DNA from: Octopus sinensis
Lineage: Eukaryota
Assembly: GCF_006345805.1 (NCBI RefSeq)
Contig: NC_043017.1
Location: 18,600,001 to 18,664,000 of the forward strand
DNA length: 64,000 bases
Reading direction: 5' to 3'
The notes beneath the pieces were generated by a model, which did not search any database, was not told where the DNA came from, and worked only from the letters and a program-made list of their open reading frames with translations. Of this stretch, positions 13,178 to 27,251 are shown one piece after another. A program made the translations under genes and the position numbers. Position 1 is the first letter of the stretch, and each line of letters starts with the position of its first letter.

Positions 13178-14286
13178 TTTGCATTGTTTTAGCTTTGGAA
13201 TCATGCCAGCATGTTGGCTTGGTGAGCAGGCCAACATTCCCCCTGATTGGAAAGCTTTTTCATCACAGAGTCATCCATTTACAGGTGAGTGGACTGTCTG
13301 ATGATGATGATAGATGAAACAACCTTCTCAAGCCCTATGGGGGACTCAAAAGGGCTGGTTTCTGTGGCACATGTCACATGACTGAAAGAAGTAAATGAAT
13401 AAAAGACTGAATACAATATTTTATTCTCTTTGTATACAGACAACTGAAGGTGAGGTTGGTGGTGGTGGCAGTGGTATACATGGTGAATGCTTTGGTGGTG
13501 GTAGTGGTGGTGATGATGTTAGTGGTGGCAAGAAATGTTGGTGATAGTGTTGATGGTGGTGTTGGAAGGGATGTTAGTTTGGGTGGTGGTGGTGCAGTCA
13601 ACAACATTGATACTGGAGAATGCCTACCAGCCTGCCTGCTGTTGTTATTCTTGCAAAATTTAAATGCTGTTTGGGATTCACTCGTTTTCCCCTTTGCACT
13701 GGAATAAGAGGTTCTGATATTTGTTTAAATGGATTGGATAAGAAAAGGATTGAGATGGGAAGTGATTTTTGTGGTGTAAATTTCTCACTCTAAAATGCAT
13801 GTGAGAGGAATGTAAATGAGATGATGTGAAACAATGACAACAAGGATTGGAAGTCACAATATTAAACAGTTTGTTGGGAGCTTACTTCATCATGACATTC
13901 AGATTTAAATTTTAGAAACACACACACACACACCTATACATATACCTGCATGTATGTATGTGTGTGTGTGTGTGCATACATGAAATGTGTGTATGAATGT
14001 ATTTATGTATGCTTGTGCATATGTGTGCATGCATACATTTGTATGTGTGTGTTAACACATTGTTTTTATGTTGATAGCACTAAAAAACAAAAACCTAGTG
14101 TCCTTTGCTTATGCCCTGTCACCTAGCAGTTTGAAGAACAGAGATCAATAGTGAAGTACCTGACTTACAAACAGTACAGCAGTATTGAAGAGGCATTGCA
14201 CCAGCATGGCCACAGTAAAGTGAGCAAAACATATGAAAGAACACAAGAATATAAAACTCAGTACTCCACTGCCCCTGTCTATATAA

Positions 14287-14495
14287 GGCAGTGAGCTGGC
14301 AGAAACATCAGCACGCCGGGTGAAATGCTAAGCAGTATCTCTGTCTTTACGTTCTGAGTTCAAATTCTGCCATGGTCAACGTTGCCTTTCATCTTTTCAG
14401 GGTCGATAACTTAAGTAGCAGTTGTGTACTGGGGTCAATCTAATCGACTGGCATCCTCCCCAAAAATTTCGGGCCTTGTACATAGAGTAGAAAAG
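14287..14495 (+). mobile_element. SINE with Nin/Deu-like core; other copies ~135-310, 9835-10000, 25874-26090, 53937-54150, 54230-54430 (+), 25490-25690, 60465-60830, 61720-61920 (-)
   Basis: Dispersed ggcgagctggcagaaacgttagc...gttcaaatt...gcctttcatcctttcggggtcgataaattaagtaccag. Core assignment is from memory. Confidence 0.8.
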
Positions 14496-15499
14496 TATAT
14501 GGTACTATTTCAATAACACAGGGTGACAGGGCTAAGCAGTGATATGTACAACTGCAAACTCGTTATATGCTTGAGGCATATTTGGACCTGTAGACAAATA
14601 GGTGTAAATACACTTACTGCTACATCATGTAGAAATCTAGGCAAGCAGGGTTGCAATCACCACTGAGATAATGAAGATGGACAATGGTTTAAACTTTGGA
14701 GCCATTTATTTCTTACATATATGTTACAATGTGCGTGTTATTTCTTACACATATGTTACAATGTGCGTGTGGAGTGAAAATAAAACATTGTGGAAATTGA
14801 AAATACCTGAGGGTTAAAATGTTGCTATATTTGATTACTAGAAAAATGCTAAATTTTTGTTGAGATCAATCGAGCACAACCAGTCATTGAACGATGAGAG
14901 GAATATTATAAGAGGGACCTGTTTTTTGTGTCAGTTCACAGAGCCTGCCTTTTCAGTATCTGTTGCTGAAGAGGAGATAACCACTCTGAAATGCAGGCAT
15001 TCCACAATCTGGATAGATGATGCTGTGGGCTGACTCAGTGTATTTTACACCTATTTCTCTACAGTGAGAAATTTTCTCCATCACAAAACAGTTTCAAGTA
15101 TATTGAACTGGCAACAATTTTGTATTTCAAAAACAACAATCCTTCAAAGTTAATCCCTACCAACACCCTCTCCAAAACTAAATATTCTTTGGAAACAATG
15201 TGAAAGTAAAATTCTAAGGGTCAGAGGATTGATGATTAACGAATTTCAAGATTAATTACAGTATTTGATGGCATAAAAGACACAGGGACATATCAGACAC
15301 ACCCTAATATCAGCAGGGTGTGTGCTGGAGGAAAAAAATTGGGTTTTTAGTGAGTCAAAGCATGTAATATTTAAAGCAATCTACCAATTACATCACATTA
15401 GGAAAGTACCTTACCATAACATTTGGTTAACAAACTCGCTTCCAAACCACATGGTTCTTGGTTCAGAACATACATAAATATAAAAAAATATATATACAT

Positions 15500-15660
15500 A
15501 CATGCGGAGTGGTTGGCGTTAGGAAGGGCATCCAGCTGTAGAAACTCTGCCAGATCAGACTGGATCCTGGTGCAGCCCCTGGCTTCCCAGACCCCGGTCG
15601 AACCGTCCAACCCGTGCTAGCGCGGAAAACGGACGTTAAACGATGATGATGATGATGATG
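15500..15660 (+). mobile_element. SINE-like repeat ending in (GAT)n; other copies ~2340-2540, 45770-46080, 55560-55960
   Basis: Shared gagtggttggcgttaggaagggcatccagc...ggacgttaaacgatgatgat. Confidence 0.8.
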
Positions 15661-15664
15661 CACA

Positions 15665-15951
15665 AACATAATTGGCCCTTTTCGTCTATGCAGATGGTCA
15701 ATTTACTTTAGAGGTCACATTAATTGAACATATCAGGGGCTCCTTTTCTTGCAGCTTCTTTCATGGCTGATTCTTCCAATGATTGAAGTGCAGATTCTGT
15801 CACGGTACTTGCATACCAAGGGGGTGGCTTGGCGCTCTGCATTTCTGTTGTTTTCCTTTTGCTGCTGATGCTTCTCAACTTGTTTGTTTCTGTAGCTGCT
15901 CTCTAGTGAAGCAGTTCCTTCCTTCACCACAGTTCTCCATGTTGTTCTGTC

Positions 15952-15955
<4 letters not shown>
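15665..15955 (-). mobile_element. RTE-clade LINE 3' fragment
   Basis: EDRTTWRTVVKEG...LVCKYRDRICTSIIGRISHERSC: DR..WR motif plus terminal Zn finger typical of RTE ORF2. Confidence 0.75.
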
Positions 15956-15997
<42 letters not shown>

Positions 15998-15998
<1 letters not shown>

Positions 15999-16304
15999 GC
16001 ACAGGAGTGGCTGTGGGATAAATAGTTTGCTTCCCAACCATGGTTCCAGGTTCAGTCCCACTGTATGACACCTTGGGCAAGTGTCTTCTGCTATAGCCTC
16101 GGGCCGACCAAAGCCTTGTGAGTGGATTTGGTAGATGGAAACTGAAAGAAGCCCATCATATATATATGTGTGTGTGCGTGTTTGTCCCCCAACATTGTTT
16201 GACAACCAATGCTGGTGTGTTTACATCCCATTTAACTTAGCGATTCGGCAACAGAGATTGATAGAATAAGTACTAGGCTTACAAAGAATAAGTTCTGGGG
16301 TCGA
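15998..16304 (+). mobile_element. Major tRNA-headed SINE family, + copy; others ~2925-3310, 34115-34506, 42840-43266, 48211-48593
   Basis: Family consensus ggcgcaggagtggctgtgtggtaag...gttcagtccc...gtagacggaaactgaaagaagccc, with tail cagcatggccgcagtcaaatgactgaaacaagtaaaa in the complete copies. Confidence 0.88.
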
Positions 16305-16512
16305 TTTTAATATAAATTAAATAAATAAATAGTGGCGGTTTATTTAATTTATATTAAAATTTTATGTATTGATTAAGTCTTTCCTTGTTTGGTTTTAAAA
16401 TAGTGGTTTTGTCTCTAATTATATTATATAATATTTTACTATAAATTGGATTTAACCCTAAATCTGATTTTTCCCTGTAATTTTGGATTCATTCCCTAAT
16501 ATTTATTATACT

Positions 16513-16554
<42 letters not shown>

Positions 16555-17548
16555 CACACATATAGATATATGCGTACACATATACATACATACACATAAA
16601 TATATATGATTATATATATATATGTGTGTGTGTGTCTGGAGGCGTGTGGCTTAGTGGTTAGGGTGTCAGCATCATGATCGTAAGATTGTGGTTTCGATTC
16701 CTGGACCAGGCGACACATTGTGTTCTTGAGCAAAATACTTCATTTCATGTTGCTCCAGTCCACTCAGCAGGCAAAAATGAGTAACGCTGCGATGGACTGG
16801 TGTCCCATCCAGCTGGGGGACACATACGCCATAGAAACCGGTCCCATGAGCCTGGCTAGGCTTTAAAAGGGTGCATCAATCAGCGATATATATATATATA
16901 TACACACACACACATTATTATTTAAAACAGTTTGATTTGGTCCTAAGCAACTTTAACTTTCTCAGGCTTCCAACAGAAACCTGCCTCGTTCAGGCTCAGG
17001 TTACTGAATGCATTCAGCAGTCAGAGCCTGATTGAGATAGGCTTCTGCAAGAAGCCTGAGAAACCTTAAGTCACATGAAACCAAATCAAAACGTTTTAAT
17101 TAATAATACATGTAACTCTTACTAAACGTGTTGAGTGCATTCTTTTTCTCTCATTTGTCCACTCATTCGTATGTATGTGTGTGTGTCCCCCCCCCCCCCC
17201 AGTTTGACAACTGGTGTTGCTGTGTTTATGACCCTGTAACTAAGATCGGGAAAAGTGGCTGATGAAATAAGTACCAGGCTTGAAAAAAATAAATAAGTCC
17301 TGGGGTCAATTCATTTGACTAAAATTCTTCAACGTGCTGCCCCTGCATGGCCACAGTTTAATGACTGAAACAAGCAAAAGATAAAAGATAACAGATGAAG
17401 ATTACAACTGAACATAAAGAAATTACAATAACGAAAATAGCCTCCATGATTATGGGGTCAAAACTTAGCTTCAGAGAGGCCTAACTTTGCACATAGGCCC
17501 TGGGGTGATTTTTTAAAAAAACAGTTTTTTGTGGGGAAAAATAATGTT

Positions 17549-18537
17549 AAGATTATCTCTACAGATTTTCTATACAAATTATAGACAACACTGATTCATT
17601 ATGACGTTTCATATCCGAATACGTCAAATGTAAACAACAATGCAATGAAAGATAGAAAAATAGGTAATGGGTGTATATGCACATTTCAGAAGTTTTTGCA
17701 CTTTCATTAGTCCCTATCCAACCTATTAACCATCCATGAACTCATCGTTTTATATAACCACTAAATATAGCAATGTAACCTTATTGGAAAAACCAATTTT
17801 ACAGATTAAACACATTCCTGGCTACTGGTACATACATGTTATTTACTTGTAGGGACACCATATTTCGTTATACAACCATATTATACTACAAAGTATATTA
17901 AATTTTTTTATAAGTCAGTACTGTGTTCTTCTGTGTTAGCAGTGCTATTAAATCACTTGTTAAGATTATCTCTACAGATTTTCTATATAAATTATAGCCA
18001 GCAGACTTGTTATGTCATTTCGTATCTGAATACATCTAACGTAGCACTGCTAACACAGGACATCACCGTATTGACTTATAAAAACGTTTGATATACTTTG
18101 TGGTATATTATGGTTGAATAACGAAATATGGTGTCCCTACATGTCATTAATATTTACATATAAGTTTCTAGGAATATGTTCAATATGTAAAACTGATACA
18201 TCCAATCACGTTACACCGCTATATTTAGTAGTTATATAAGCAACAAGTTCATGGATGGTTAATCAGTTGGATGGGAGCTGATGAAGGAGCAAAAACTCCA
18301 GAAATATGGCATATACGCCATTACCCATTTCCATCATCAAACTCATTGTTATTTTACATCAGGTGTCTTTGATACGGAATCAGTGTTGGTTATAATTTCT
18401 ATATAAAATCTGTAGAGATAACCTTAGTATGTAATTTAATAGCACTGCTAACACAGAAGAACACTATATTGACTTATAAAAACGTCTGGTATAATTTGTG
18501 GTATATTATGGTTGTACAATGAAATATGGTGTCCCTA
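17549..18537. repeat. Long imperfect inverted repeat of a ~410-bp unit
   Basis: 17549-17947 is the approximate reverse complement of 18042-18425; partial extra units at 17962-18000 and 18426-18537. Confidence 0.85.
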
Positions 18538-18633
18538 GTGTGTCTTAGATGCCATCAAATATGGTAGATACCATCAAGTTCCCCCCCACCCACAATCTCT
18601 CTCTCTCTTTCTCTCAGCACAACACAAGAACTC

Positions 18634-18769
18634 TTATTCATATATTGTATCAAGCAAACCAGATTTCTCAGACAATAAAACCATATTATAATAGTAACTG
18701 TTCTTCCTTGACATCAACTGCCGTGGTGGACCAAATTCCACAGGTTCTCCATTCTCCATCACAAGAATT
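18634..18769 (-). CDS. ABCC last coding exon
   Basis: [19 protein letters not shown]...YYYNMV...IYE*. Confidence 0.9.
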
Positions 18770-21700
18770 CTAAAAAGAGAAACAGAATGAGGAATTAAAT
18801 AAATTAAAATTTTAATCTATACTTACTCTTTTTTTACTTGTTTCAGTCATTTGACTGCAGCCATGCTGGAGCACCGCCTTTAATAGAGCAACTTGACCCC
18901 AGGACTTATTCTTTTGTAAGCCCAGTACTTATTCTATCGGTCTCTTTTGCCGAGCTGCTAAGTAACGGGGACATAAACACACCAGCATCGGTTGTCAAGC
19001 AATGCTAGGGGGACAAACACAGACACACAAACACACACACACATATATATACATATATACGACGGGCTTCTTTCAGTTTCCATCTACCAAATCCACTCAC
19101 AAGGCTTTGGTCAGCCCGAGGCTATAGTAGAAGACACTTGCCCAAGGTGCCACGCAGTGGGACTGAACCCGGAACCATGTGGTTGGTAAACAAGCTACTT
19201 ACCACACAACCACTCCTGCGCCTATACTTGTTAATTTTTATAATGATTTTTAATTACAGCTCAGGATCATAAGATATGGGTTCAACTGTCACAAAGTACT
19301 CCACTATGTGTGAGTGAGCGTGTGTAGTTGTGTGTATTTTTGTGTGTGTATGTGTGTGTCTGTGTGTACGTTTATGTGTGCATATGTTTGTGTGTATGCT
19401 TGCATATGTGAGTGTGTTTGTGTATGTATCTAAGCAATTGTTCAGTGGAGGCTCGTAGATAAAATTAGTGGGGTTGCTGCTTCAGAAAATTTTTAGCCGT
19501 TGTTTTAATATTGCGTAAGAGCAAACAAACATATAAAAAGAATATTTATGTATCAACTTGATCGTTTCGCGTTTTAGCCACTGCCAGGAAGTGTGTTTAA
19601 TTTGCTCACTGAACACCACTGCAAACCACTGCAAATTCTCCCTTGTTTTTCAAAAATCCCCACTGAATCACAAAATAGGGGAGGGGATCTGCCCTATTTT
19701 TCAAATCCTGGCAGCAACACTGAAGCTGGAAGTAGGATAATAATCTAATTCTACACTTTATCACATTCAAGAATATAAATATGCTTTTAAGCACAACACA
19801 CGGGGAGTCAAAAAGAAACACTACCTTTCACCAGCACTGTGTGAACGACAGTGCTCTCTCTCTCTCCCTAGAGATGTATGTATGTATGTATGTATGTATG
19901 TATGTATGTATGTATGTATGTATGTATGTATGTATGTGTGTAAGTGTGTAAGTGTGTATGCATGTATGTATGTATGTATGTATGTATGTATGTATGTATG
20001 TATGTATGTATGTATGTATGTATGTATGTATGTATGTATGTATGTATGTATGTATGTATGTGTGTATGCATGTTTGCATATGTGTATATTTATGTATGTA
20101 TGTATGTATGTGTGTATGCATGTTTGCATATGTGTATATTTATGTATGTATATGTATGTATGTATGTGTGTAAGTGTGTAAGTGTGTATGCATGTATGTA
20201 TGTATGTATGTATGTATGTATGTATGTATGTATGTATGTATGTATGTATCTATATATCCATGCATGTATATATGTATGTATATATGATGTATGTATGTAT
20301 ATATGTATTTATATATGAGGTATGTATGTGTGTATGCATGTTTGCATATGTGTATATTTATGTATGTATATGTGTGTGTGTGTGTATGTCTGTATGTACA
20401 CTTACTTGTCATAGTTCTTCACAATGTCCAGTTTGTGTGCAATACACAATATGGTGCTGGCATTGAAGTTCTGCTCTACAATCTTCATAATCTGTTTGCT
20501 CTTCTTCTGTGATACATTGGCTGTGGCTTCATCAAGGATGACCACTTTGGATCGCTTTAGCAGACATTTTGTAAGATATATCAACTGCTTCATACCGGAA
20601 CTAGACAAATAGAAGACATACACATAAATTATACACACACACACACATAAAGACATATATAAATATACACAGATGTAGCTATAACGAACGGGAAGTTGGA
20701 TAATGTATTGGTAATATTTATTCACCATTGTAAAAACCAAAAATTGCAATGCCTAAGCAGAAAATTAATATGATTTTTGTGTCAATTTGTATCAATGGCA
20801 ATATTCTTCTGATGAGCAGAGTAGAGCCATTAGGTTCCTGACTTCGAAATTGCAATAGAGAATTAACCTTTTATTTCTAAGTTGTAAATTTTAGGTTATG
20901 TCGCCCGCCAACAGCTTTATTGTGAAGAGATAGAATATGAGTGTTTACAGTGGCTTTATAGAGGTTTTTGACTGCTATTTCTAGACATGTAAGGGTTTTT
21001 GCAACCCTCTCTGATATAATTGTGATTTATTCATAATTATATACACTTCTTTGATGAAATTTATGATTACATGTTTTAGTCATTGATATAGTGACAAATA
21101 AGTATGAATTGTTTCTGATATATCCTTCATAAAGTATTTTTATATTCCTTTTTATATATATATACATTAAATAAACATGCAAATAAAAATCCAAATTATA
21201 TCTTCAGTGAGTTAATGTAGGATTCCTTAATGACAATGTACCCTTCATATAATTAAGGTATCTTTAGCTTAATGAGTAGCTAGCTGGGTACCTGTCGTTG
21301 AATAATTATTACATCAGAGGATCTGCTGGCTAGGAAACATATGTAGCTTGAATATTACCTACTCCACTCCCCCCATTTATATCTCTTTCTCTTTTCTCTT
21401 TTACTTGTTTCAGTCATTTGACTGTGCCCATGCTGGAGCACCGCCTTTAATCGAGCAACTCAACCCTGGGACTTATTCTTTGTAAGCCCAGTACTTATTC
21501 TATTGGTCTCTTTTGCCGAACCGCTATCAGTCAATTTTTCATAACTCTGAAAAAAGGCTACAGAGCAGAGAAGTAAAAGAGATCAGGGGTTAACTTCAAC
21601 AAGGTTATAAGGATAGAGAAATAAGGGATTTTCAGCTCTAAAAGTAGTATTGAAAATATAGGTTCAGTGGAAGTGAATAAAATATGAAATTACCACTAGA

Positions 21701-24700
21701 TTCAAATAAAGTGAAGTTTAATGAATTAAGATAAAATAAAATAAATTAAATAATTAAGTAGATGCATTAATTTAACCCTTTCGTTACTGTATTTATTTTG
21801 AGATTTGTCATGATGTTATGATGGTGATGATGACCTCAGTATATAATAATTTTTCGATTTACCTGACTTCAGCATCATTAGAATAATCCTTAGACAAGTC
21901 TAAGTCAAGCTCAGTGGTTCTCATTGCATTGTGAAGCTGTTCATCTGTAAACTGTTCGTAGGGGTCAAGGTTTGAGCGTAAAGTCCCCGAATATAATTCA
22001 CAGTCCTGTCCATGTACAACAACAACAAATAATTAAATAAAACAAACAAATATATCATCTTCATCAACATCATCGTTATCATCATTGTTTTAATGTCCAC
22101 TTTCTCATGCTTGCAGAGATCAGAAATGGTTTATTGAGGCAGATTTTCTATGGCCAAATACCCTTCCTGTCACCAACCTTCGCTTGTTTCCAAGGAAGAA
22201 TATGTTTCCCCATGACCAGACATATTTTTTCAGAAGATTGGACACAAAGGATATCACTTGCATAGTGGCACCACTAGATGAACCCTTTTGTTACCATATT
22301 TCTGCTGTGATACTCTCTGTTTCTTTCAATTAATCTTAAATATAACAAAGAATTTAGTAAAATAACTCAGTTATCATTAAGCTAGTGTTAGGAACATGAA
22401 TTGCAAGTAATGTTTGGTGGAAGATTTTAATTAAAAACTTTTGAAAACAGAACATTTGTACTACAGAGCCAGATGTGGTTTCAAGTGGATTGGTATCAAA
22501 AGGGTTAAGAATTGTTTCTCATATATTTTAACCCTTTTGCTACCATATTTCTGTTGAGATGCTCCCTGTTTCTGTCAATTAATTTTAAATATAACAAAGA
22601 ATTTAGTAAAATAACTTAGCATTAAGCTAGTGTTAGGAACATAAATCCTGACTAACGTTTTGGTGGAAGATTTTAATTCAGAACTTATGAAAACAAGACA
22701 TTTGTACTACAAAGCCAGAGGCAGTTTCTGGTAGGTTGGTATCAAAAGGGTTAAGGCAACCATGTGATATCAAGGCAAAGAGATGGTAACACCATATGCA
22801 CACATCAGATATAGACTATACATTTAACTAATATTTAAATGTAAGTAATGCACTTTGGATGAGAAAAGATTAAAGGCTTTGGTGAAAGCAAAGGGTGGCC
22901 ATTTTGAATTGTAAATATAGACTCTTTGACTCTTTAACTGGTATCGACTTTAAACTGCGGTCATGCTGGGGCACCACCATTATATGTAAAATATTTTCAG
23001 TAAATATAACAATCAAACTGTAAACTTTTATTAACCAAAGCCTAAAATCTTTTATTTTATGTTAAAATAAATAATGGATAAATATATGAGTTACACTCAC
23101 TATATGCATTCATATATGTATAAATATACACAGACACACTCACACACATACTCACTCACACACAAACACACACACACACCACACACACACACACACACTC
23201 ATACACATACATACACATACATACACACACATCATACACACACACACACCCACACACACACCCACACACACACTCCACCAGTTCTGATAAGGAGTTTATT
23301 GTTTTAATCAAAGGAGTAATTTAGTGATGGAATTAGTATTTAATAGACGCAAGCCTGGCTGTGTGATAAAAAGTTGGCTTCCCAATCACATGGCTTCAGG
23401 TTCAATCCCACTGTGTGGCATCTGGGCCTAAATGTCTTCTACTATATGGACCTGGGTCATCCAAAGCCTTGTGAGGGGATCTGGTAGGTGGAAACTTGAA
23501 AGAAGCCCACCATGTGTGTGCTCTTGTGCAGTGTGTGCCTGTCTATGTGTGTCTCCATGTGTATGTGCATGTGTGTATGTGTGGTGTGTTTATATATGTG
23601 TGTGTGTGTATGGTGAGAGCCTGTGTGTATGGTGAGAGCCTGTATGTATGTGTGACCCCCACCACTTAAAGGTCCTTGGGGGCCTTTAACAGAGTTCACT
23701 CTGTTGCAAGTATTGTGATCTGGTCTTCAATTTGAGAACTTCCTCTCTCCCTTCCTTCTCATTTTTCCTTCTTTTCTCCTCCTGCTCCTTCCCTACCCTC
23801 CTTCTCCACCCCATTCCTCCCTCCCTTTATTCTTCCCACCCACCCTTCCTCTCTCCCCACCTCTCTATTTTTCCCCTCCCCTTTCTCTTCCTCTTTCTCC
23901 ACATTACATTCTCCCTCTATCTCTTCCATCATTCTTTCTCTCTCTCTCTGTTCCTTTCTCCTCACCTCTCTCAGAGGCCCCTTACACAGACTCATGGCTG
24001 CCACCTTTTCTCTTATCATTAAACTACAACATGCATAAGAACAACAAACAAACAAAAGAAAACAACAAAAAAAGCTCCTTATTTTTGTCTCTTGGTCCCA
24101 TCTCTTTCTCCTAATCCACAAATATTTGGCCCCCGAAATGTGGATTGGTGCCTCCACCTGAAGAGACCATGATTCCAATAAATAAATAAACTACCTGAGG
24201 AAAAATCAGCAACTTTGAGCGGAGATCTTGTGGATCAGCGGCAAAGATGTTTTGTCCATCGATGTTGAGTATACCATGGGAACACTTGACCATTTGGGTT
24301 AGTGCCATTATTAGGGAAGATTTACCGGAACCAGATTTACCAATGATGCCAACCTAAAAGGAAACAGTCTCAGATTATTATTCAAATTTCAGATGTCTTG
24401 TATTATATTGTACTAATTAAAAAGGTTGTGTTGCAGTCCTTAAATAACTTTGGTTACTTTCTATGCAATGCTACCATAATTTGTATAACAATGATATCAC
24501 TGTTGTGTCGGTATTTTAAAGCTAAATGCATCCCATCTGTTGTTCTTTGTCATAAGTGACCCTCACTAGTTGTTACTGTAGGTCAACAATGCAAGCAGTT
24601 TTCCCATCTTATATTATAAAGGAGAAGCTGATTTCCATCTGTCTGTCACAAGATATATGTTAAAAAGAAGAAGTGAAGGAGAAAAAGTTATCGTTGGGAG

Positions 24701-24737
24701 AGAAATACAGTGAGATAGAGAGTGTGTGCATGAAAGG

Positions 24738-24772
<35 letters not shown>

Positions 24773-24864
24773 GTAGGTAGGTAGGTAGGTAGGTAGGTAG
24801 GAAGGTAGGGAGGGAGGTATGTAGATAGATAGATAGATAGATAGATAGATACATACATACATAC

Positions 24865-24925
<61 letters not shown>

Positions 24926-27077
24926 CAGACAGATAATGTTATCACCATAGTAGCTAACAAATTTTGATTAAAAACATGGGAAGTTTCAGTGCAAGTCTGT
25001 CAACACAACACAACATAGACTTCAAAAAAAAAACTTTTACTATAGAGTAATATAGTTATCTTTTTGGTAAGGATGGGGAGGGGATGAGGAAGAGGAGAAG
25101 GACAAGGAAAAAAGGAAGAGGTTGAAGAAGAGAAGGTGGTGAAAAGGAAGGAGGGGGAGAGGAAGAGAATAAGGAAGAGAAGGAGAAAAAGGAAGATAAG
25201 GAGAAAAAGGAAGAGGAGAAAACAATAGCAACAAAAATGCTGATAAAGAAATACATGCAATAAGATAAAGTGGAGAAGTGAAGATTGAACCTTTTCTCCA
25301 GGTTTTATAAGGAGGTCAATTCCACTCAAACAACAGGTGTTTTCACTCTCATATTTAGCAGAGAAATCAAGGAATTCTATTTCACCCTTTTCTGGCCAGT
25401 TTTCGGGAAGTTTCTTGAAAGGGTTGCCTTCAAAATCTGTGTTCTGGAATAACAAAGTAAAGATAATGAAGATGGTAATAAATATACATTCAAATGTTGG
25501 CACAAGGCCAGCAATTTTAGGAGTGTGACGGGGATTAATTGTGTCAGCCCTAGTCTTCAAGTGGTGCTTATTTTGTTAACCCTGAAATGATGAAAGGCAA
25601 AGTTGACTTTGGCTGAATTTGAACTCAGAAAGTGAAGACAATGAAATACTGCTGAGAATTTTGCCTGCAGTGCTAACAACTCTGCCAGTTCCTCTATAAT
25701 AGCTGAATTGATGCCAAAGAAATTGAAAAAATTAAAAAATATCAGGATCTAGTCAGAGAACTGAGGAGAATGTGGAAGGACAGGGAAGGAGTAGAGGGGA
25801 GGTGGGTGTAGAGTTAATTGCAGGGAACCCCAATGTATAACTGGTATTTTTATTAATACTAGTACCATCACAGGGCAGCGAGCTGGCAGAAACGTTAGCA
25901 TGCCAGGCAAAATGCTTAGCAGTATTTCATTTCTCTTTACGTTCTGAGTTCAAATTCTGCCATGGTCGACTTTGCTTTTCATTCTTTCAGGGTCAATATA
26001 TTAAGTACCAGTTGCATATTGGGGTCCATCTAATCGACTGGCCCCCTCCCCCAAAATTTCGGGCCTTGTGCCTAGAGTAGAAAAGAAAAGAATACTACCA
26101 CCATCACCACTGCCACTACTACTACCACTATCACTAGTGCCCCTGAAGTATGATAGATAAAGTTGGCTTCAGCTTGATGATATGAACTCTGAACAAACAT
26201 AAAAAGATGTAAATAAAGGGATTTTGAATAGTGCCCCACTACTATCACCACCACCAGTTAGTACCACCCACGCCATACTCACCTCCTTTTTGAGTCCCAT
26301 GAGGCAGTTGACTTGCTGTACAGCGACTTTCATCACAATGATGTGAGAGGTCATTCTGACAAACCAGTCCAGAGATTTGGATACCTGTAATGTATGAGGG
26401 ACAGTCTTCAGTTTGGCTGATTAGTTATATACCTGTTGTTATTGTTGTTTAGCTTTAGCATACATATACATAGACACACACACACACACACAGACACATA
26501 CATATAGACATACACAAACATACATACAGACACACACACATACATATAAAGAGTCTTTGAATGAAAGGAATGGAGTAGATAGTTATGCACTAAACTTGTT
26601 TCAAAAGGATCACCAAATGTATATTACATAACATAAGTTGATATGTAATTATTCAGTGATCTTTCTCATTAACTGTTAGCTACCTGTCAGTTAGAAGTGA
26701 ATTCAAGAAATCATTACGGTAAAGGATTTCTAACTGTGACAAGTACCTGATGAGTAAGAACATTAAATAATTACACAACACCTTAAAATTACATAACATG
26801 CATTCTGTGTACCTCTTGAAACACATGTAGTGCGTAACTACCTAGTTCATTCCTTTCATTCACTGACTTACTTATCACATAATAAGCAAAATTTGTGGTT
26901 ATATACTGGAGTTGTATCTCATTGGAATTTCTGTTTAATTTCGAAATGGAATAAAGTGTACTGGAAACATTGATTAATAAACTATATTGATTATATCAGT
27001 GGTTCCCAACCTGTGGTCTGCAGACCCCTGGTGTTCCACTAAGCTAGTGCTAGGGTCCATGAACTAAATTCAAACTT

Positions 27078-27113
<36 letters not shown>

Positions 27114-27181
27114 TCATCATCATCATCATCATCATTTAACGTCCGCTTTCCATGCTAGCATGGGTTGGACGGTTCAACTGG

Positions 27182-27251
<70 letters not shown>

